The notes under the pieces are model-generated. The model was not told where the DNA came from, did no database searches, and saw only the letters and a list, made by a program, of their open reading frames with translations. Below, in pieces: positions 26,752 through 39,478 of a stretch of DNA of 42,435 nt; position 1 is the stretch's first letter, and every line of letters starts with the position of its first letter. The position numbers and the translations under genes were made by a program. Origin of the DNA: Armatimonadota bacterium (lineage in GTDB: Bacteria; Sysuimicrobiota; Sysuimicrobiia; Sysuimicrobiales; Kaftiobacteriaceae); assembly GCA_016193565.1 (NCBI GenBank), contig JACPRY010000002.1:1-42435 (forward strand). The letters are read 5' to 3'.

Positions 26752-26979
26752 ATGGAAGAAGGCGCCTGGAGCCGGATCGTGGGAATCAAGGACCTCATGG
26801 AGAAGGCCGGCCTCGATCCGAACAACAAAGAAGATTTCAACCGCACCGTCAACTGGCTGCGCTCGCGGAAGATTCCGTTCGCCTCGATCGGCAAGGCCGT
26901 CCGCGGCCGCCAGCGCGGCATCCTCGTCCTGGCCGATCACATCGAGGTCGCGATCAAAAAGGGTCGGGGGGGCGAGTAG
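26752..26979 (+). CDS. Small hypothetical protein (75 aa)
   Basis: GAGGTGAGGA SD, ATG, GC-rich third positions, protein-like composition. Confidence 0.75.
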   Translation: MEEGAWSRIVGIKDLMEKAGLDPNNKEDFNRTVNWLRSRKIPFASIGKAVRGRQRGILVLADHIEVAIKKGRGGE

Positions 26980-26989
26980 AAGGCTCGTT

Positions 26990-27094
26990 CTGCACGTGGC
27001 CAGCTTTCGTGGGCTCCGCGGCCTCTCCCCGAAAAGAAAACTGCAACGGGGCCCCTCAGGCCTCGGAGCCCCCGGCGCTGGCCCGTTCAGTTTT
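26990..27094. terminator. Long hairpin between convergent genes, possible bidirectional terminator or structured RNA
   Basis: Nested inverted repeats and A/T runs at 27032-27040 and 27091-27094. Confidence 0.5.
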
Positions 27095-27146
27095 AGCGAC
27101 GCTCTTCCTTCCTCGCAGGTCAAGATGACGGGTGGACCCGCCTGGC

Positions 27147-28007
27147 TCACTTTTTCTCGGAGTAGTCATAGAATCCGCGGCCGGTCTTGCGCCCGTGGAG
27201 TCCGGCCAGCACCATCTGCTTCATCAGTGGCGGCGCGGCATAGCGGGTATCTTTGAACTCCTGGAACATCGCCTCAGCGATGAAGTAGGTCGTATCGATC
27301 CCCACGTAGTCCAACAGCGTCAGCGGGCCCATCGGATGGGCGAGCCCAAGCACGACCGCGGTGTCGATATCTTCCTTCGTCGCGATGCCCAGTTCGAGTG
27401 CGCGCACGGCGTCGAGCATGTAGGGGACGAGCAGTAGATTCACGATAAATCCCGGACTGTCTTTGCACACGACCACAGTCTTGCCCAGCGACTCCGCGAA
27501 CCGGCGGCCGGCGGCCATCGTGTCTTCGGTCGTCTGCAGCCCGCGGATGAGCTCGACGAGTTTCATCACCGGCACCGGATTGAAGAAGTGCATGCCCAAG
27601 AAGCGCTCGCGCCGCGTCGTCACTGACGCCATCTCTGTGATGGACAGCGATGAGGTGTTACTGGCGAAGACCGTCTGGGGCGGGCAGAGCTCGTCGAGCT
27701 CGCCGAAGACCTGCTGTTTCAGGTCCATCTGTTCGACCACGGCCTCGATGATGAGGTCGGACTGAGCCAGGTCGCGGAGGTTCGTCGTCCCACGAATCCT
27801 GCCCCGCGCCGCCTCGGCGTCGGCCTCCGTGAGCTTCCCACGCTGCAGTCCCCGCTGCATCGAACCCTCGACGCGGGAGAGACCCTTCTTCAGCAGATCG
27901 TCGTTCACCTCACGGACCGCGACCTGATAACCGCCCCGCGCGCAGACTTCGACGATCCCCGATCCCATCAGGCCGCACCCAACGACGCCAACCCGCCTAA
28001 TCTCCAT
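27147..28007 (-). CDS. hbd: 3-hydroxybutyryl-CoA dehydrogenase
   Basis: GCGLMGSG, EAVVE, ASNTSSLS, GMHFFNP, PGFIVN, HPMGP, G.KTGRGFY. Confidence 0.93.
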   Translation of the reverse strand: MEIRRVGVVGCGLMGSGIVEVCARGGYQVAVREVNDDLLKKGLSRVEGSMQRGLQRGKLTEADAEAARGRIRGTTNLRDLAQSDLIIEAVVEQMDLKQQVFGELDELCPPQTVFASNTSSLSITEMASVTTRRERFLGMHFFNPVPVMKLVELIRGLQTTEDTMAAGRRFAESLGKTVVVCKDSPGFIVNLLLVPYMLDAVRALELGIATKEDIDTAVVLGLAHPMGPLTLLDYVGIDTTYFIAEAMFQEFKDTRYAAPPLMKQMVLAGLHGRKTGRGFYDYSEKK

Positions 28008-28563
28008 CGGTCCCTCCCTGCTCTGCGGCGCGGGCCGCCGGCTCCGTCCCGCGGCGACGCCTAACGAGCTCCACCGTCACGCGAGCGAGATTGTCCTCGC
28101 TGAGAATGACGACCTCATCGTACGCTTCGCGCGAGATCTCCTTGAGCGCCTCCTGCAGCTGCTCCCACTGCCGCCGGATCACCGGACGACCGACCCGCCG
28201 CTCGCGCGCCTCATTCCACTTGACGGCGGTGGCCTCACTGATGTCGAAGACGATCAGCGTCACCGGCACGCCCGCACGCCGGCCCAGCTGCCGCAGTTCG
28301 CGCCGGGCCTCTTTCGACACAGCCGTGCTGTCCGCCACGGCCAGCAGGCCGTGGCGAAGTCTCACGGCGGTGATCTGGTGAAACAGGTCGAACGCTTCGC
28401 CCGAGACCGCCATGTTCGATTCATCATCAGAGATCATCGCGCGCAGGCGGTCGGTTGAGACGATCGCCGTTTCTCGAAAGTGGTTCCGTGCGAACGTGCT
28501 TTTGCCGGTGCCCGCCGGACCGCACAGGATGACCAGCGAAGGATCGGGAATCCGCAGCCGCAT
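27997..28563 (-). CDS. AAA_33 P-loop kinase (polynucleotide-kinase-like)
   Basis: GPAGTGKSTFA, STDRLR, ADST, N.ARER.V. Confidence 0.85.
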   Translation of the reverse strand: MRLRIPDPSLVILCGPAGTGKSTFARNHFRETAIVSTDRLRAMISDDESNMAVSGEAFDLFHQITAVRLRHGLLAVADSTAVSKEARRELRQLGRRAGVPVTLIVFDISEATAVKWNEARERRVGRPVIRRQWEQLQEALKEISREAYDEVVILSEDNLARVTVELVRRRRGTEPAARAAEQGGTDGD

Positions 28564-28565
28564 CG

Positions 28566-29816
28566 TCAGGTCACGATCTCGTGAATCAGCGTTCCTGCTG
28601 GCGGGGCGCTGCGGCCGATGGCATAGGCCGCCTGGACCCGGGCGACGGCCTCACCCGCGCGTCGCCGGTCCGCCGCGTGAACCGCCGCCAGCACCTCCCC
28701 CTCGCGGACGGCATCGCGCACTTTCTTGCGAAGCACGATGCCGACCGCTGGATCGATCACGTCGTCCTTTTTCGCGCGCCCGGCGCCGAGCGCCATCGCC
28801 GCAAGCCCGATGCGCTCAGCGTCGATCGCCACCACCACACCTGACGAGGGAGCCGGCGCCTCGCCCTTCTGGGCCCGCACCATCTCCCTGAACTTCGCGC
28901 GCGCCTCGCCGTCAGAGAGCAGCCGTTCGAGGCGCGCTTTGGCATCTTCCTCGGAGACGGCAATCCCGGCGAGCACGAGCATCTGCGCGCCCAGGGTCAC
29001 ACACAACTCCCGGAGGTCATCCGGACCTCCGTCCCGCAGCGTCTCAATCGCTTCGCGGACCTCGAGCGCGTTGCCGACGGTCATCCCGAGCGGCTGCGCC
29101 ATGTCGCTGATGACCGCCACCGTGCGCCGACCGGCCGCATTCCCAATCGCGACCATCGTCTTGGCGAGATTACGCGAGCCATCCAGGGTCTTCATGAACG
29201 CGCCACTGCCGGTCTTGACATCCAGCACGATCGCGTCGCTGCCGGCGGCGATCTTCTTGCTCATCACGCTGGCCGCGATCAGCGGGATGCTGTCGACGGT
29301 CGCGGTCACATCGCGCAGCGCGTAGAGTTTCTTGTCGGCCGGCACAAGGTCGGCGGCCTGCCCCGCGATGGCGCAGCCGATGCGGTTGACCTGGCTGACG
29401 AACGCTTCCGCGGAGAGCTCAGTGGTGAAGCCGGGGATCGACTCGAGCTTGTCGAGCGTACCGCCCGTGTGGCCGAGGCCTCGCCCCGAGAGCTTTGCCA
29501 CCGGCACCCCCGCAGCGGCCACCAGCGGGATGAGCACGAGCGACGTCTTGTCCCCCACTCCGCCCGTGCTGTGCTTGTCGACCTTCGTACCGCGGATCGC
29601 ACGCAGATCAAGCGTCTCACCCGAGCGGACCATCGCCATCGTCAGCGCCGTCGTCTCCTGAGCGGTCATCCCCCGAAAGAAAACAGCCATGAGCAACGCA
29701 CTCATCTGATAATCGGGAATCTCACCGGAGAGGTAGCCCTTGAGCAACGCCTCAATCTCCTCGGCAGTGAGTTCACCCCCGTCCCGCTTCTTCTGGATCA
29801 GTTCGTAAGTACGCAT
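28566..29816 (-). CDS. pdp: Pyrimidine-nucleoside (thymidine) phosphorylase
   Basis: [47 protein letters not shown]. Confidence 0.95.
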   Translation of the reverse strand: MRTYELIQKKRDGGELTAEEIEALLKGYLSGEIPDYQMSALLMAVFFRGMTAQETTALTMAMVRSGETLDLRAIRGTKVDKHSTGGVGDKTSLVLIPLVAAAGVPVAKLSGRGLGHTGGTLDKLESIPGFTTELSAEAFVSQVNRIGCAIAGQAADLVPADKKLYALRDVTATVDSIPLIAASVMSKKIAAGSDAIVLDVKTGSGAFMKTLDGSRNLAKTMVAIGNAAGRRTVAVISDMAQPLGMTVGNALEVREAIETLRDGGPDDLRELCVTLGAQMLVLAGIAVSEEDAKARLERLLSDGEARAKFREMVRAQKGEAPAPSSGVVVAIDAERIGLAAMALGAGRAKKDDVIDPAVGIVLRKKVRDAVREGEVLAAVHAADRRRAGEAVARVQAAYAIGRSAPPAGTLIHEIVT

Positions 29817-29819
29817 ACG

Positions 29820-30653
29820 TTACATCTGCATCTCCCTGACAATCCGCTTCACAAGGCGAATGAACTTCGGCTCCACTTCTTTCGCGACCGCCATCACCTC
29901 TTCGTGGGTCACCTGCTGCACCTGCTCGCCGGTGGCCATGTCGGTGATCGCGGTGATCCCCAACACGCGCATTCCTATATGCCGCGCCGCGATCACCTCG
30001 GGCACGGTGGACATCCCCACCGCGTCCGCACCCCAGCGTCCCAGCATGCGCAGCTCGGCTGGCGTCTCATAACTGGGCCCGTGCACACCCACGTACACCC
30101 CCTTGCGAACGGTGATTCCCTCGGCGGTCGCCGCGCGCTCCACCAACGCGACAAATTCCGGGTCATAGGGCTGCGACATATCCGGAAACCGCGGCCCCAG
30201 ATCGGGATCGTTCGGCCCGATCAGCGGGTTGCTGCCGAAGAAGTTGATATGGTCGGCAATGATCATCAGATCGCCGCGGTACCATTGCCGGTTGATGCCC
30301 CCGGCCGCGTTGCTCACCAGGAGCACGCCGGCGCCGAGCGCGCGCATCACGCGCACGGGAAAGACGACCTGCTGCAGTGTGTATCCTTCATAGAAGTGCA
30401 CGCGCCCCTGCATCGCGACGACCGGCTTGCCCTCGAGCCGGCCCAGCACGAGCTGGCCGCTGTGCCCTTCAACGGTTGACCGCGGGAAGTTCGGGATCTC
30501 GGCGTAGGGAATGGCGGCGTCGGCGTCGATCTCGCGGGCCAGCGCGCCCAGTCCTGAGCCCAGGATCATCCCGATCTGGGGCTTGACCTTTGTCCGCTGC
30601 CGCACGAACGCGGCCGCCTGGTCAATCTGCTCGCGTACGTTCACGTGCACCAC
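29820..30653 (-). CDS. punA: Purine-nucleoside phosphorylase (trimeric type)
   Basis: [36 protein letters not shown]. Confidence 0.94.
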   Translation of the reverse strand: MVHVNVREQIDQAAAFVRQRTKVKPQIGMILGSGLGALAREIDADAAIPYAEIPNFPRSTVEGHSGQLVLGRLEGKPVVAMQGRVHFYEGYTLQQVVFPVRVMRALGAGVLLVSNAAGGINRQWYRGDLMIIADHINFFGSNPLIGPNDPDLGPRFPDMSQPYDPEFVALVERAATAEGITVRKGVYVGVHGPSYETPAELRMLGRWGADAVGMSTVPEVIAARHIGMRVLGITAITDMATGEQVQQVTHEEVMAVAKEVEPKFIRLVKRIVREMQM

Positions 30654-31836
30654 CCCGCCGCCCGGTGCGAATCAGTCCCAGCATGCTGGTCCCCGGTCCT
30701 GTCCAGCTGACCCCGAGCGCCTCAGCGACCGTCGCGCCGACGTCCGCGAACGTCCGGCGCGTGCCCAGATCCACGCCGCGAAGGCGTGGAGTCGTCGTGA
30801 GGACCGGCGTGTATTCCCTGGAGTGATCGGTGCTGACTGTCGTCGGGTCGTTGCCGTGATCGGCCGTGATCACCAGCAGGTCCAACGGTGTCAGCTTCGC
30901 CAGCACTTCGGGGATCCGCGCGTCGATCGCTTCCAGGTCGCGGGCGTAACCTACCGGGTCGTTGCGGTGCCCATATTTGGTGTCGAGATCGACGAGGTTT
31001 GTGAAGATGATGCCGCGCTCCACCTCGCCCATCGCCCGCACGGTCTGCGTCATCCCGTCGAGGTCGTCGTGGGTGTGGATACTCGTGGTGATCCCGCGCC
31101 CCGCGAACAGATCGGGGATCTTGCCGATGCCGATGACGGGCAGTCCGGCCTCGACAGCGCCGTCCAGCACCGTCGGCTGCGGGGGCACGAGAGAGAAATC
31201 CTTCCGGCGGTCGGTCCGTGTGAACGCCCCGGGCCGCCCCACGAACGGCCGCGCGATCACCCGGCTCACCGCGTGATCGCCGGTCAGCATGGCGCGCGCG
31301 ATCTCGCACAGTTCGTACAGTCGGCTCACGGGGATCACGTCCTCGTGCGAGGCGATCTGGAAGACGCTGTCGGCCGATGTGTAGACGATTGGATAGCCGG
31401 TCCGCAGGTGCTCCGGACCGAGCCGCTGGATGATTTCGGTTCCTGAGGCGGGAGCGTTCCCGAGCGTTCTCGTCCCGATCTTCCGCTCAAACGCGGCGAT
31501 GATCTCTTTGGGAAATCCGTTGGGATAGGTGGGAAACGGCCGCTGCAGGATAATTCCCATCAGTTCCCAGTGGCCGGTGGTGCTGTCTTTTCCCGCCGAC
31601 TGTTCTGTGAGTTTCCCGAAGGCCCCGGCCGGATGTGGCACAGGCGCGACACCGCGGATCGGCACGATGCGGCCCAGGCCCAGCGACTCCAGCACCGGCA
31701 CCTTCAGGCCGCCGACGGAGGCGGCCGTGTGCGGGATCGTGTTGCTGCCCTCGTCCCCGTAGCGGGCCGCATCGGGGAGTTCGCCGACCCCGGCGCTGTC
31801 GAGCACGATGATGATCGTCCGGGTGAACTCGCTCAC
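30622..31836 (-). CDS. deoB: Phosphopentomutase
   Basis: [43 protein letters not shown]; GTGA-coupled to xerD. Confidence 0.95.
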   Translation of the reverse strand: MSEFTRTIIIVLDSAGVGELPDAARYGDEGSNTIPHTAASVGGLKVPVLESLGLGRIVPIRGVAPVPHPAGAFGKLTEQSAGKDSTTGHWELMGIILQRPFPTYPNGFPKEIIAAFERKIGTRTLGNAPASGTEIIQRLGPEHLRTGYPIVYTSADSVFQIASHEDVIPVSRLYELCEIARAMLTGDHAVSRVIARPFVGRPGAFTRTDRRKDFSLVPPQPTVLDGAVEAGLPVIGIGKIPDLFAGRGITTSIHTHDDLDGMTQTVRAMGEVERGIIFTNLVDLDTKYGHRNDPVGYARDLEAIDARIPEVLAKLTPLDLLVITADHGNDPTTVSTDHSREYTPVLTTTPRLRGVDLGTRRTFADVGATVAEALGVSWTGPGTSMLGLIRTGRRGGARERTRAD

Positions 31837-32762
31837 GATCTCTTCACACGAAGCCCTTCCCGCGGGTGGGCCTGGCGGTAGACTCGGCGCAGATGATCGC
31901 GGGTGACGTGCGTGTACACTTGCGTGGTGCTGATCGAGGCGTGGCCCAGCATCTCCTGGACCGCGCGTAGGTCTGCGCCGCGTTCCAGCAGATGCGTGGC
32001 AAACGAGTGACGGAGGACGTGCGGCGTCAGCGGCTTTCCGATGCCTGCCCGGCGCGCGTAGATCTTGATGAGTTTCCAGCATGCCTGCCGGGTCAATCTG
32101 CCGCCCCGGCGGTTGGTGAACAGTGCCTGGCCGCCGCGACCCCGTGTGAGCGGCGGCCGCGCGTACAGGAGGTAACCGCGAAGCGCCCTGACCGCTTTAC
32201 TGCCGACCGGGACGATGCGCTCCTTGTTCCCTTTGCCGATCGTGCGCACGACTTCGTGGGCCAGGTCCACGTCGCCGAGGTCAAGGTTGACCAGTTCGGA
32301 CACGCGCAGCCCGCTCGCGTACAGCAGCTCGAGCATCGCCAAGTCCCTGCTGCCCGCCGGCGTCGTGGGATCGGGCATCGAAAGCAGGAGGCCGACCTCG
32401 TCGATCCTGAGCACGTTCGGCAGTTGCTTCGGTAGCTTCGGGGGGGCCAGATCGAGCGTCGGATCGTGCCGTAGAACCTCTTCGCGCAGCAGAAAACGGT
32501 AGAAGGCACGAATGGCAGCCGCACGCCGCTTGATCGTGGCCGCCGAGCGCCCGTGCCGGCGCAGGGTGAGCAGATACACGGTGAGTCCTGCCCGGTCGAC
32601 GTCCGCAGGGCTCTTGGCGCCGTGCGAGGTCACGAATGCTGCAAACTCAACAAGATCGCACCGGTAGGCATCGACACTGGCGCGCGCCAGTCCCTGCTCA
32701 GCCAGCGCATACGCCAGAAAGGCCTCGATGTGCGCGGCAAAGGGGACACGGCTGCGGCTCAT
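31833..32762 (-). CDS. xerD: Site-specific tyrosine recombinase XerD
   Basis: [32 protein letters not shown]; nudF-xerD-deoB context. Confidence 0.93.
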   Translation of the reverse strand: MSRSRVPFAAHIEAFLAYALAEQGLARASVDAYRCDLVEFAAFVTSHGAKSPADVDRAGLTVYLLTLRRHGRSAATIKRRAAAIRAFYRFLLREEVLRHDPTLDLAPPKLPKQLPNVLRIDEVGLLLSMPDPTTPAGSRDLAMLELLYASGLRVSELVNLDLGDVDLAHEVVRTIGKGNKERIVPVGSKAVRALRGYLLYARPPLTRGRGGQALFTNRRGGRLTRQACWKLIKIYARRAGIGKPLTPHVLRHSFATHLLERGADLRAVQEMLGHASISTTQVYTHVTRDHLRRVYRQAHPREGLRVKRS

Positions 32763-33286
32763 GTGCGGGCACGGGGCGAGCCGGCCAGCAGCAGTCCGAT
32801 GATCGACTTTGCGTCGATGATCTCAGCGCCGATGAGACCCTGCGCCTGCGTCAGCGCCATCGGCACGACCGCCAGATCTTCCTCTTCACGATCACGTGAG
32901 GCCGGATGGAGCCCTTCGGCGAGATAGAGATGGACCTGCTCGGTCAGGAAGCCAGGCGAGGGCAGGAAAGTCATGAGACGCCGGATGCGCGCGGCCTGCA
33001 TCCCCACTTCTTCCGCGAGTTCGCGCTGCAAACAGCCTTCAACGCTCTCTCCCGGCTCGATCGTTCCCGCGGGGATCTCGAGGAGTGCCCGTCCGGCCGC
33101 AGTCCGGAACTGACGGACCAACAGCACCCGGCCGTCATCGGTGAGAGGAACGATCGCCACCGCCCCGCGGTGCTCGACGATCTCGCGCGCTGCCGTGCGG
33201 CCGCTGGGGAGGACAACCTCATCGACTCGCAGGGAGACCACGGCCCCGTCGTAGACGCGCGTCGATTTCACGAGCTTTTCGCCCAC
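32759..33286 (-). CDS. nudF: NUDIX hydrolase, ADP-ribose pyrophosphatase type
   Basis: REIVEH.GAV, EIPAG...GE......RELAEEVG, SPGF. Confidence 0.88.
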   Translation of the reverse strand: MGEKLVKSTRVYDGAVVSLRVDEVVLPSGRTAAREIVEHRGAVAIVPLTDDGRVLLVRQFRTAAGRALLEIPAGTIEPGESVEGCLQRELAEEVGMQAARIRRLMTFLPSPGFLTEQVHLYLAEGLHPASRDREEEDLAVVPMALTQAQGLIGAEIIDAKSIIGLLLAGSPRART

Positions 33287-33295
33287 AGACGAACG

Positions 33296-34198
33296 CTACG
33301 TCCGCCCTTCAACGACCTCGGTCTCGTAGATCGGCGTGCCCTCGCGCCGGGTGAGCTCGCGGAACAGCTTCATGACCCTGAGCGTCGTGGGTCCGGGCGC
33401 GCCCGTCCCGATGCGGCGGCTGTCCACCTCCACGACCGGCCCGACCTCCGCGCCGGTGCCGGTGAGGAAGCACTCTTCGGCGGTGTAGACGTCGTACATG
33501 GTGAAGACCTTCTCGAGCATCGGCAGTCCCAGCTCGCGCACGAGCCCCATCACCGTCTCGCGGGTGATCCCCTTGAGAATACCCAGGTAGGGCGCCGGGG
33601 TCCAGACCTCGCCGCCTCGGACCAGGAAGATATTTTCTGCGCTGCACTCGCAGACGTAGCCGTCGCTCGTGAGCATGATCGCCTCGTCGACGCCGGCCAG
33701 GTTGGCCTCCATCCGCGCCATGATGCCGTTGAGGTAGTTCAGCGTCTTCGCCTGCGGGGAGAGCGCGTCCGGCCGCACCTTGCGGGTCGTGGCGTGGATC
33801 GCGCGCAGCCCGCGAAGGTACGCCTCTTCGGGATGCAGCTGGATGGTGTCAACGATGATCACCACGCTGGCCGTTTTGCACTTGCGGGGGTCCAGCCCGA
33901 GATCGCCCACGCCGCGCGACACGACCGGCCTGATGTAAGCGTCGCGCAGGCCACAGCGCCGCACCGTCTCCAGGATCGCCTGCTTCATCTGCTCTGGAGA
34001 GAGCGGGATCTCCAGCATGAGGTAGTGGGCTGAGTCATAGAGGCGCTTCACATGTTCGTCCAGCCGGAAGACGCGGCCGTGGTACACGCGGATGCCTTCG
34101 AAGATCCCGTCGCCGTAGAGGTAGCCGTGGTCGAAGACGGAGATCTTGGCTTCTTCCTTGGGAACGAACTGCCCGTTGATGTACGTGACGAGCCCCAT
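33296..34198 (-). CDS. ilvE: Branched-chain amino acid aminotransferase
   Basis: DHGYLYGDGIFEG, AKTLNYLN, E.SAENIF, L.GITR, TGTGAE. Confidence 0.93.
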   Translation of the reverse strand: MGLVTYINGQFVPKEEAKISVFDHGYLYGDGIFEGIRVYHGRVFRLDEHVKRLYDSAHYLMLEIPLSPEQMKQAILETVRRCGLRDAYIRPVVSRGVGDLGLDPRKCKTASVVIIVDTIQLHPEEAYLRGLRAIHATTRKVRPDALSPQAKTLNYLNGIMARMEANLAGVDEAIMLTSDGYVCECSAENIFLVRGGEVWTPAPYLGILKGITRETVMGLVRELGLPMLEKVFTMYDVYTAEECFLTGTGAEVGPVVEVDSRRIGTGAPGPTTLRVMKLFRELTRREGTPIYETEVVEGRT

Positions 34199-34202
34199 GT
34201 CC

Positions 34203-36699
<2,497 letters not shown>

Positions 36700-36703
<4 letters not shown>

Positions 36704-37524
36704 CTCCGTGCCGCTCCCAGCACGGTGTCATGCGCCTGCGCCACCATCGATTCGACATCGATCTCTATTGATTCACCGCGCACATTTTTCAGGAGCAGGA
36801 AGAACTCCAGGTTACCTTCGGGCCCCGCCACAGGCGACGGCGTGGCGCGCAGGACGCTCCATCCGCCGGACCGCGCCGTCTCGATCACGTCACCGAGCAC
36901 GCGCCGGTGCACCGCCGCCTCACGAACGACGCCGCGCTTGAGCTGCTTGCTTCCGGCTTCAAACTGTGGCTTCACCAGGACGACCGCCGTGCCGCTGAGT
37001 TTGAGCAACCGCCGCACCGCGGGAAGAATCTTGCCGAGCGAGATGAAGGACACATCAACGGTGGCGAGGTCTGCAAGTCCGCCGAGATCGTCAGCGGTCA
37101 CATCGCGCACGTCGTGCTGTTCCAGACTCCTGACGCGCGGATCGTTCCGGAGACGCCAGTCCAGTTGCCCTGTTCCCACGTCTATGGCCGCGACGCGAGA
37201 CGCCCCGCGTTGCAGCAGGCAGTCGGTAAACCCGCCAGTCGATGCTCCGACGTCCACCGCCACAAGGCCGTCAGGCGCAATCCCGAACTCGCGCAGGGCG
37301 TGATCGAGTTTGAGCCCGCCGCGGCTCGCGAACGCCGGCCGGGAGGGCCGGAGTTCTACTGCCGCGTCATCAGCGACGGTCATGCCCGCTTTCGCTGCGC
37401 GAACGCCATTCACGTAGACTTCTCCAGCAAGGATGGCGGCCTGTGCCTTGGCCCGGGACGATGCGAGACCCCGTTCTACCAGCAATGCATCCAGGCGTAT
37501 CCGCCTGTGGGCCACCGTCATCAT
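36700..37524 (-). CDS. tlyA: TlyA rRNA (cytidine-2'-O)-methyltransferase
   Basis: S4 domain RLD.LLV.RGL..SR, SRGGLKL, DVGASTGGFTD, DVSFISL, KPQFE, GN.EF. Confidence 0.95.
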
Positions 37525-38453
37525 CGCTCGCGCGCCAACAGGTACTCCGCCAGCTCGCGCAGGATCCGCCCGCGCGGGCCGAGATCGGCGATCGCCGCCT
37601 CGCCCTCACCCGTCAGTGCCGCGGCAATCTGCCGCGAGCGCTCGATCCCAAACGCGATGGGATAGGTCAGTTTCGAGCGAGCGGCGTCACTGCCCAGCCG
37701 CTTGCCCACCGCGGACTCCTCCCCAATGACGTCCAGAATGTCGTCCACGATTTGAAACGCCACTCCCACGCGCTCGCCGTATCGGCCCAGCGCTGTGACC
37801 GTGCGGTCATCGGCACCTGCCAGCATCGCGCCCGACAGCACCGAGGCGCGGATGAGTCGTCCGGTCTTGCGAAGATGGATCTCCCGGACCATGTCGGCAC
37901 GGGGGATCCTGGATGGCGCACGGCCGGCAGGGAACGTGCGGCCTTCTTCGCCGAGCAGATCCAGCACCTGTCCACCCACCATCCCGTCGGTACCGATCGA
38001 CTCTGCGATCAAGCGGCTCACCAGTAGCGTGCGCTCGGCGCCGACGGCATCGGCGGCGGAGGCGATGAGCGCAAACGCCAGCGCATGGAGCGCGTCCCCG
38101 GCGAGCACCGCGATCGCATCACCGAACGCGACGTGACAGGCGGGCCGGCCGTGACGCATATCCGAGTTATCCATCGCGGGCAGGTCGTCGTGAATAAGCG
38201 AATACGTGTGGATCAACTCCACCGCGCACGCGACCGGCAGCGCCTGCGTGGGATTGCCGCCGCACGTTTCGCTACCGGCCAGCACCAGCATCGGACGCAA
38301 TCGTTTGCCCCCGGCAAACACGCAGTACCGCATCGCCCGGTGGATGATTTCGGGAGGCTGAGACTCTGGCGGCAAGGAGCGGTCGAGCGCCTCATCCACA
38401 AGGCGTCCGCGCGTCTCAAGGTACTGTTGCAGGGTGAGGTCCGTGACCGGCAT
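37521..38453 (-). CDS. ispA: Farnesyl/geranylgeranyl diphosphate synthase
   Basis: GGKRLRP, HDDLPAMD, GGQ..D, KTG, FQIVDDILD. Confidence 0.93.
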   Translation of the reverse strand: MPVTDLTLQQYLETRGRLVDEALDRSLPPESQPPEIIHRAMRYCVFAGGKRLRPMLVLAGSETCGGNPTQALPVACAVELIHTYSLIHDDLPAMDNSDMRHGRPACHVAFGDAIAVLAGDALHALAFALIASAADAVGAERTLLVSRLIAESIGTDGMVGGQVLDLLGEEGRTFPAGRAPSRIPRADMVREIHLRKTGRLIRASVLSGAMLAGADDRTVTALGRYGERVGVAFQIVDDILDVIGEESAVGKRLGSDAARSKLTYPIAFGIERSRQIAAALTGEGEAAIADLGPRGRILRELAEYLLARER

Positions 38454-38465
38454 GACTAGGAACCG

Positions 38466-38753
38466 TTACCCGACAATGTGAAACCCCCGACCACCCGACG
38501 GCGCTTCCCACGTCATCTGGAGATCGTCCACCCGGGCACCCGAGGGGCCGGCTCGAATAGCCTCGATGAAGGTCTCGACCGCGTCCCGCGAACCTTCCAC
38601 CGCCGTCTCGACGCGGCCGTCGGGCAGGTTGCGGGTGAACCCCGACACCCCAAGCCGCCGGGCCGTGCGCTCTGCGAAGAACCTAAAGCCGACGCCCTGC
38701 ACGCTGCCGCGGATCCAGAGGTGACAGCGGACACTCTCAGGCACGTGCATCAT
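38466..38753 (-). CDS. acyP: Acylphosphatase
   Basis: G.VQGVGFR, G..RNL.DGRVE, GP..A.V; start approximate. Confidence 0.92.
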   Translation of the reverse strand: MMHVPESVRCHLWIRGSVQGVGFRFFAERTARRLGVSGFTRNLPDGRVETAVEGSRDAVETFIEAIRAGPSGARVDDLQMTWEAPSGGRGFHIVG

Positions 38754-39177
38754 CCTGCCCTGCTCCGGCCGGGAGCTTCCGGTACACGGCTCCCAGCACA
38801 CCGTTCACGAACTTCCCTGATTCGTCCGTGCCGTAGCGCTTCGCGAGTACGACCGCTTCGTTGATGACGACCCGTGCCGGCGTGTCGAGGTAGAACAGTT
38901 CGTACGTGGCCATGCGCAGGATCGTCCGGTCGGTGCTCGCGAGCCGGTCGACCGGCCAGTCCTTCGTGAGTGAGGCCAGCGTCCGGTCGATCTCGGTACG
39001 GTGTGTCCATGTCCCTTCACACAGTGCGCGGACGAACGGCCATTCCGACTCCGGAACTCCAGACTGAACCCGGGCGAGGGCCGCGGCCAGGGGGTGTCTG
39101 CCGACATCAACCTCGAAGAGGACGCGCAGCGCGAGTTCCCGCATCCGCCGGCGAGACCCCACTTTCGGCCGGCTCAC
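38737..39177 (-). CDS. nusB: Transcription antitermination factor NusB
   Basis: RRR.RE.AL..LF, DR.ILR, V.INEAV.LAK.YG, FVNGVL; start approximate. Confidence 0.94.
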   Translation of the reverse strand: MSRPKVGSRRRMRELALRVLFEVDVGRHPLAAALARVQSGVPESEWPFVRALCEGTWTHRTEIDRTLASLTKDWPVDRLASTDRTILRMATYELFYLDTPARVVINEAVVLAKRYGTDESGKFVNGVLGAVYRKLPAGAGQDDARA

Positions 39178-39266
39178 TGCATCGACGCTCCGGCGCGCCG
39201 CACGGCATGTGGCGACCACCAGTGTACCCGAGCAGCGGGCCGGCGGCGCAGCGAGGCCGAACCGCG

Positions 39267-39443
39267 AAAAGACCTACCGGATGAAGCACCAATCGATGTC
39301 TCTTGTGGGCAGGCGGTGAGGCCGGTGGATCTAGCACGTTGAAAACGAAAGGACCACCTTGCGGTGGCTTGATGGCTCGCCTGCCCAACCGGTTCGTTGG
39401 GCCCGGTCAGACACGCGTCAATCACCCGCGGGTGGCCCTGCAC
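39267..39443 (-). ncRNA. Putative ~177-nt structured non-coding RNA (6S-RNA-like rod or unknown class)
   Basis: Own promoter, 5'/3' closing helices with G-U pairs only on the minus strand, 10-bp UGGGCAGGCG/CGCCUGCCCA helix, CCACC-GCAA-GGUGG GNRA hairpin, 3' UUUU. Confidence 0.7.
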
Positions 39444-39449
39444 GGAGGT

Positions 39450-39478
39450 ATTATAGAGGGTCTATTTCACCCGTTCAA
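39450..39478 (-). promoter_or_regulatory. Near-consensus sigma70 promoter overlapping the efp 3' end
   Basis: TTGAAC (39478-39473)-N17-TATAAT (39455-39450) in a high-GC background. Confidence 0.8.

Noticed and set aside
27095-27146. SRP 4.5S RNA (GGAAGGAAGAGC on minus)
   Set aside because: Lacks the CAGG-NCC-GNRA-GG-AGCAG domain IV pairing.
30622-30653. deoB/punA overlap as a frameshift
   Set aside because: Both proteins are full length; a short C-terminal run-on explains it.
31833-32762. Tyrosine recombinase as a phage or integron integrase mobilising the repeats
   Set aside because: Length, motifs and nudF-xerD-deoB context fit housekeeping XerD; no integron-integrase insertion was evident.
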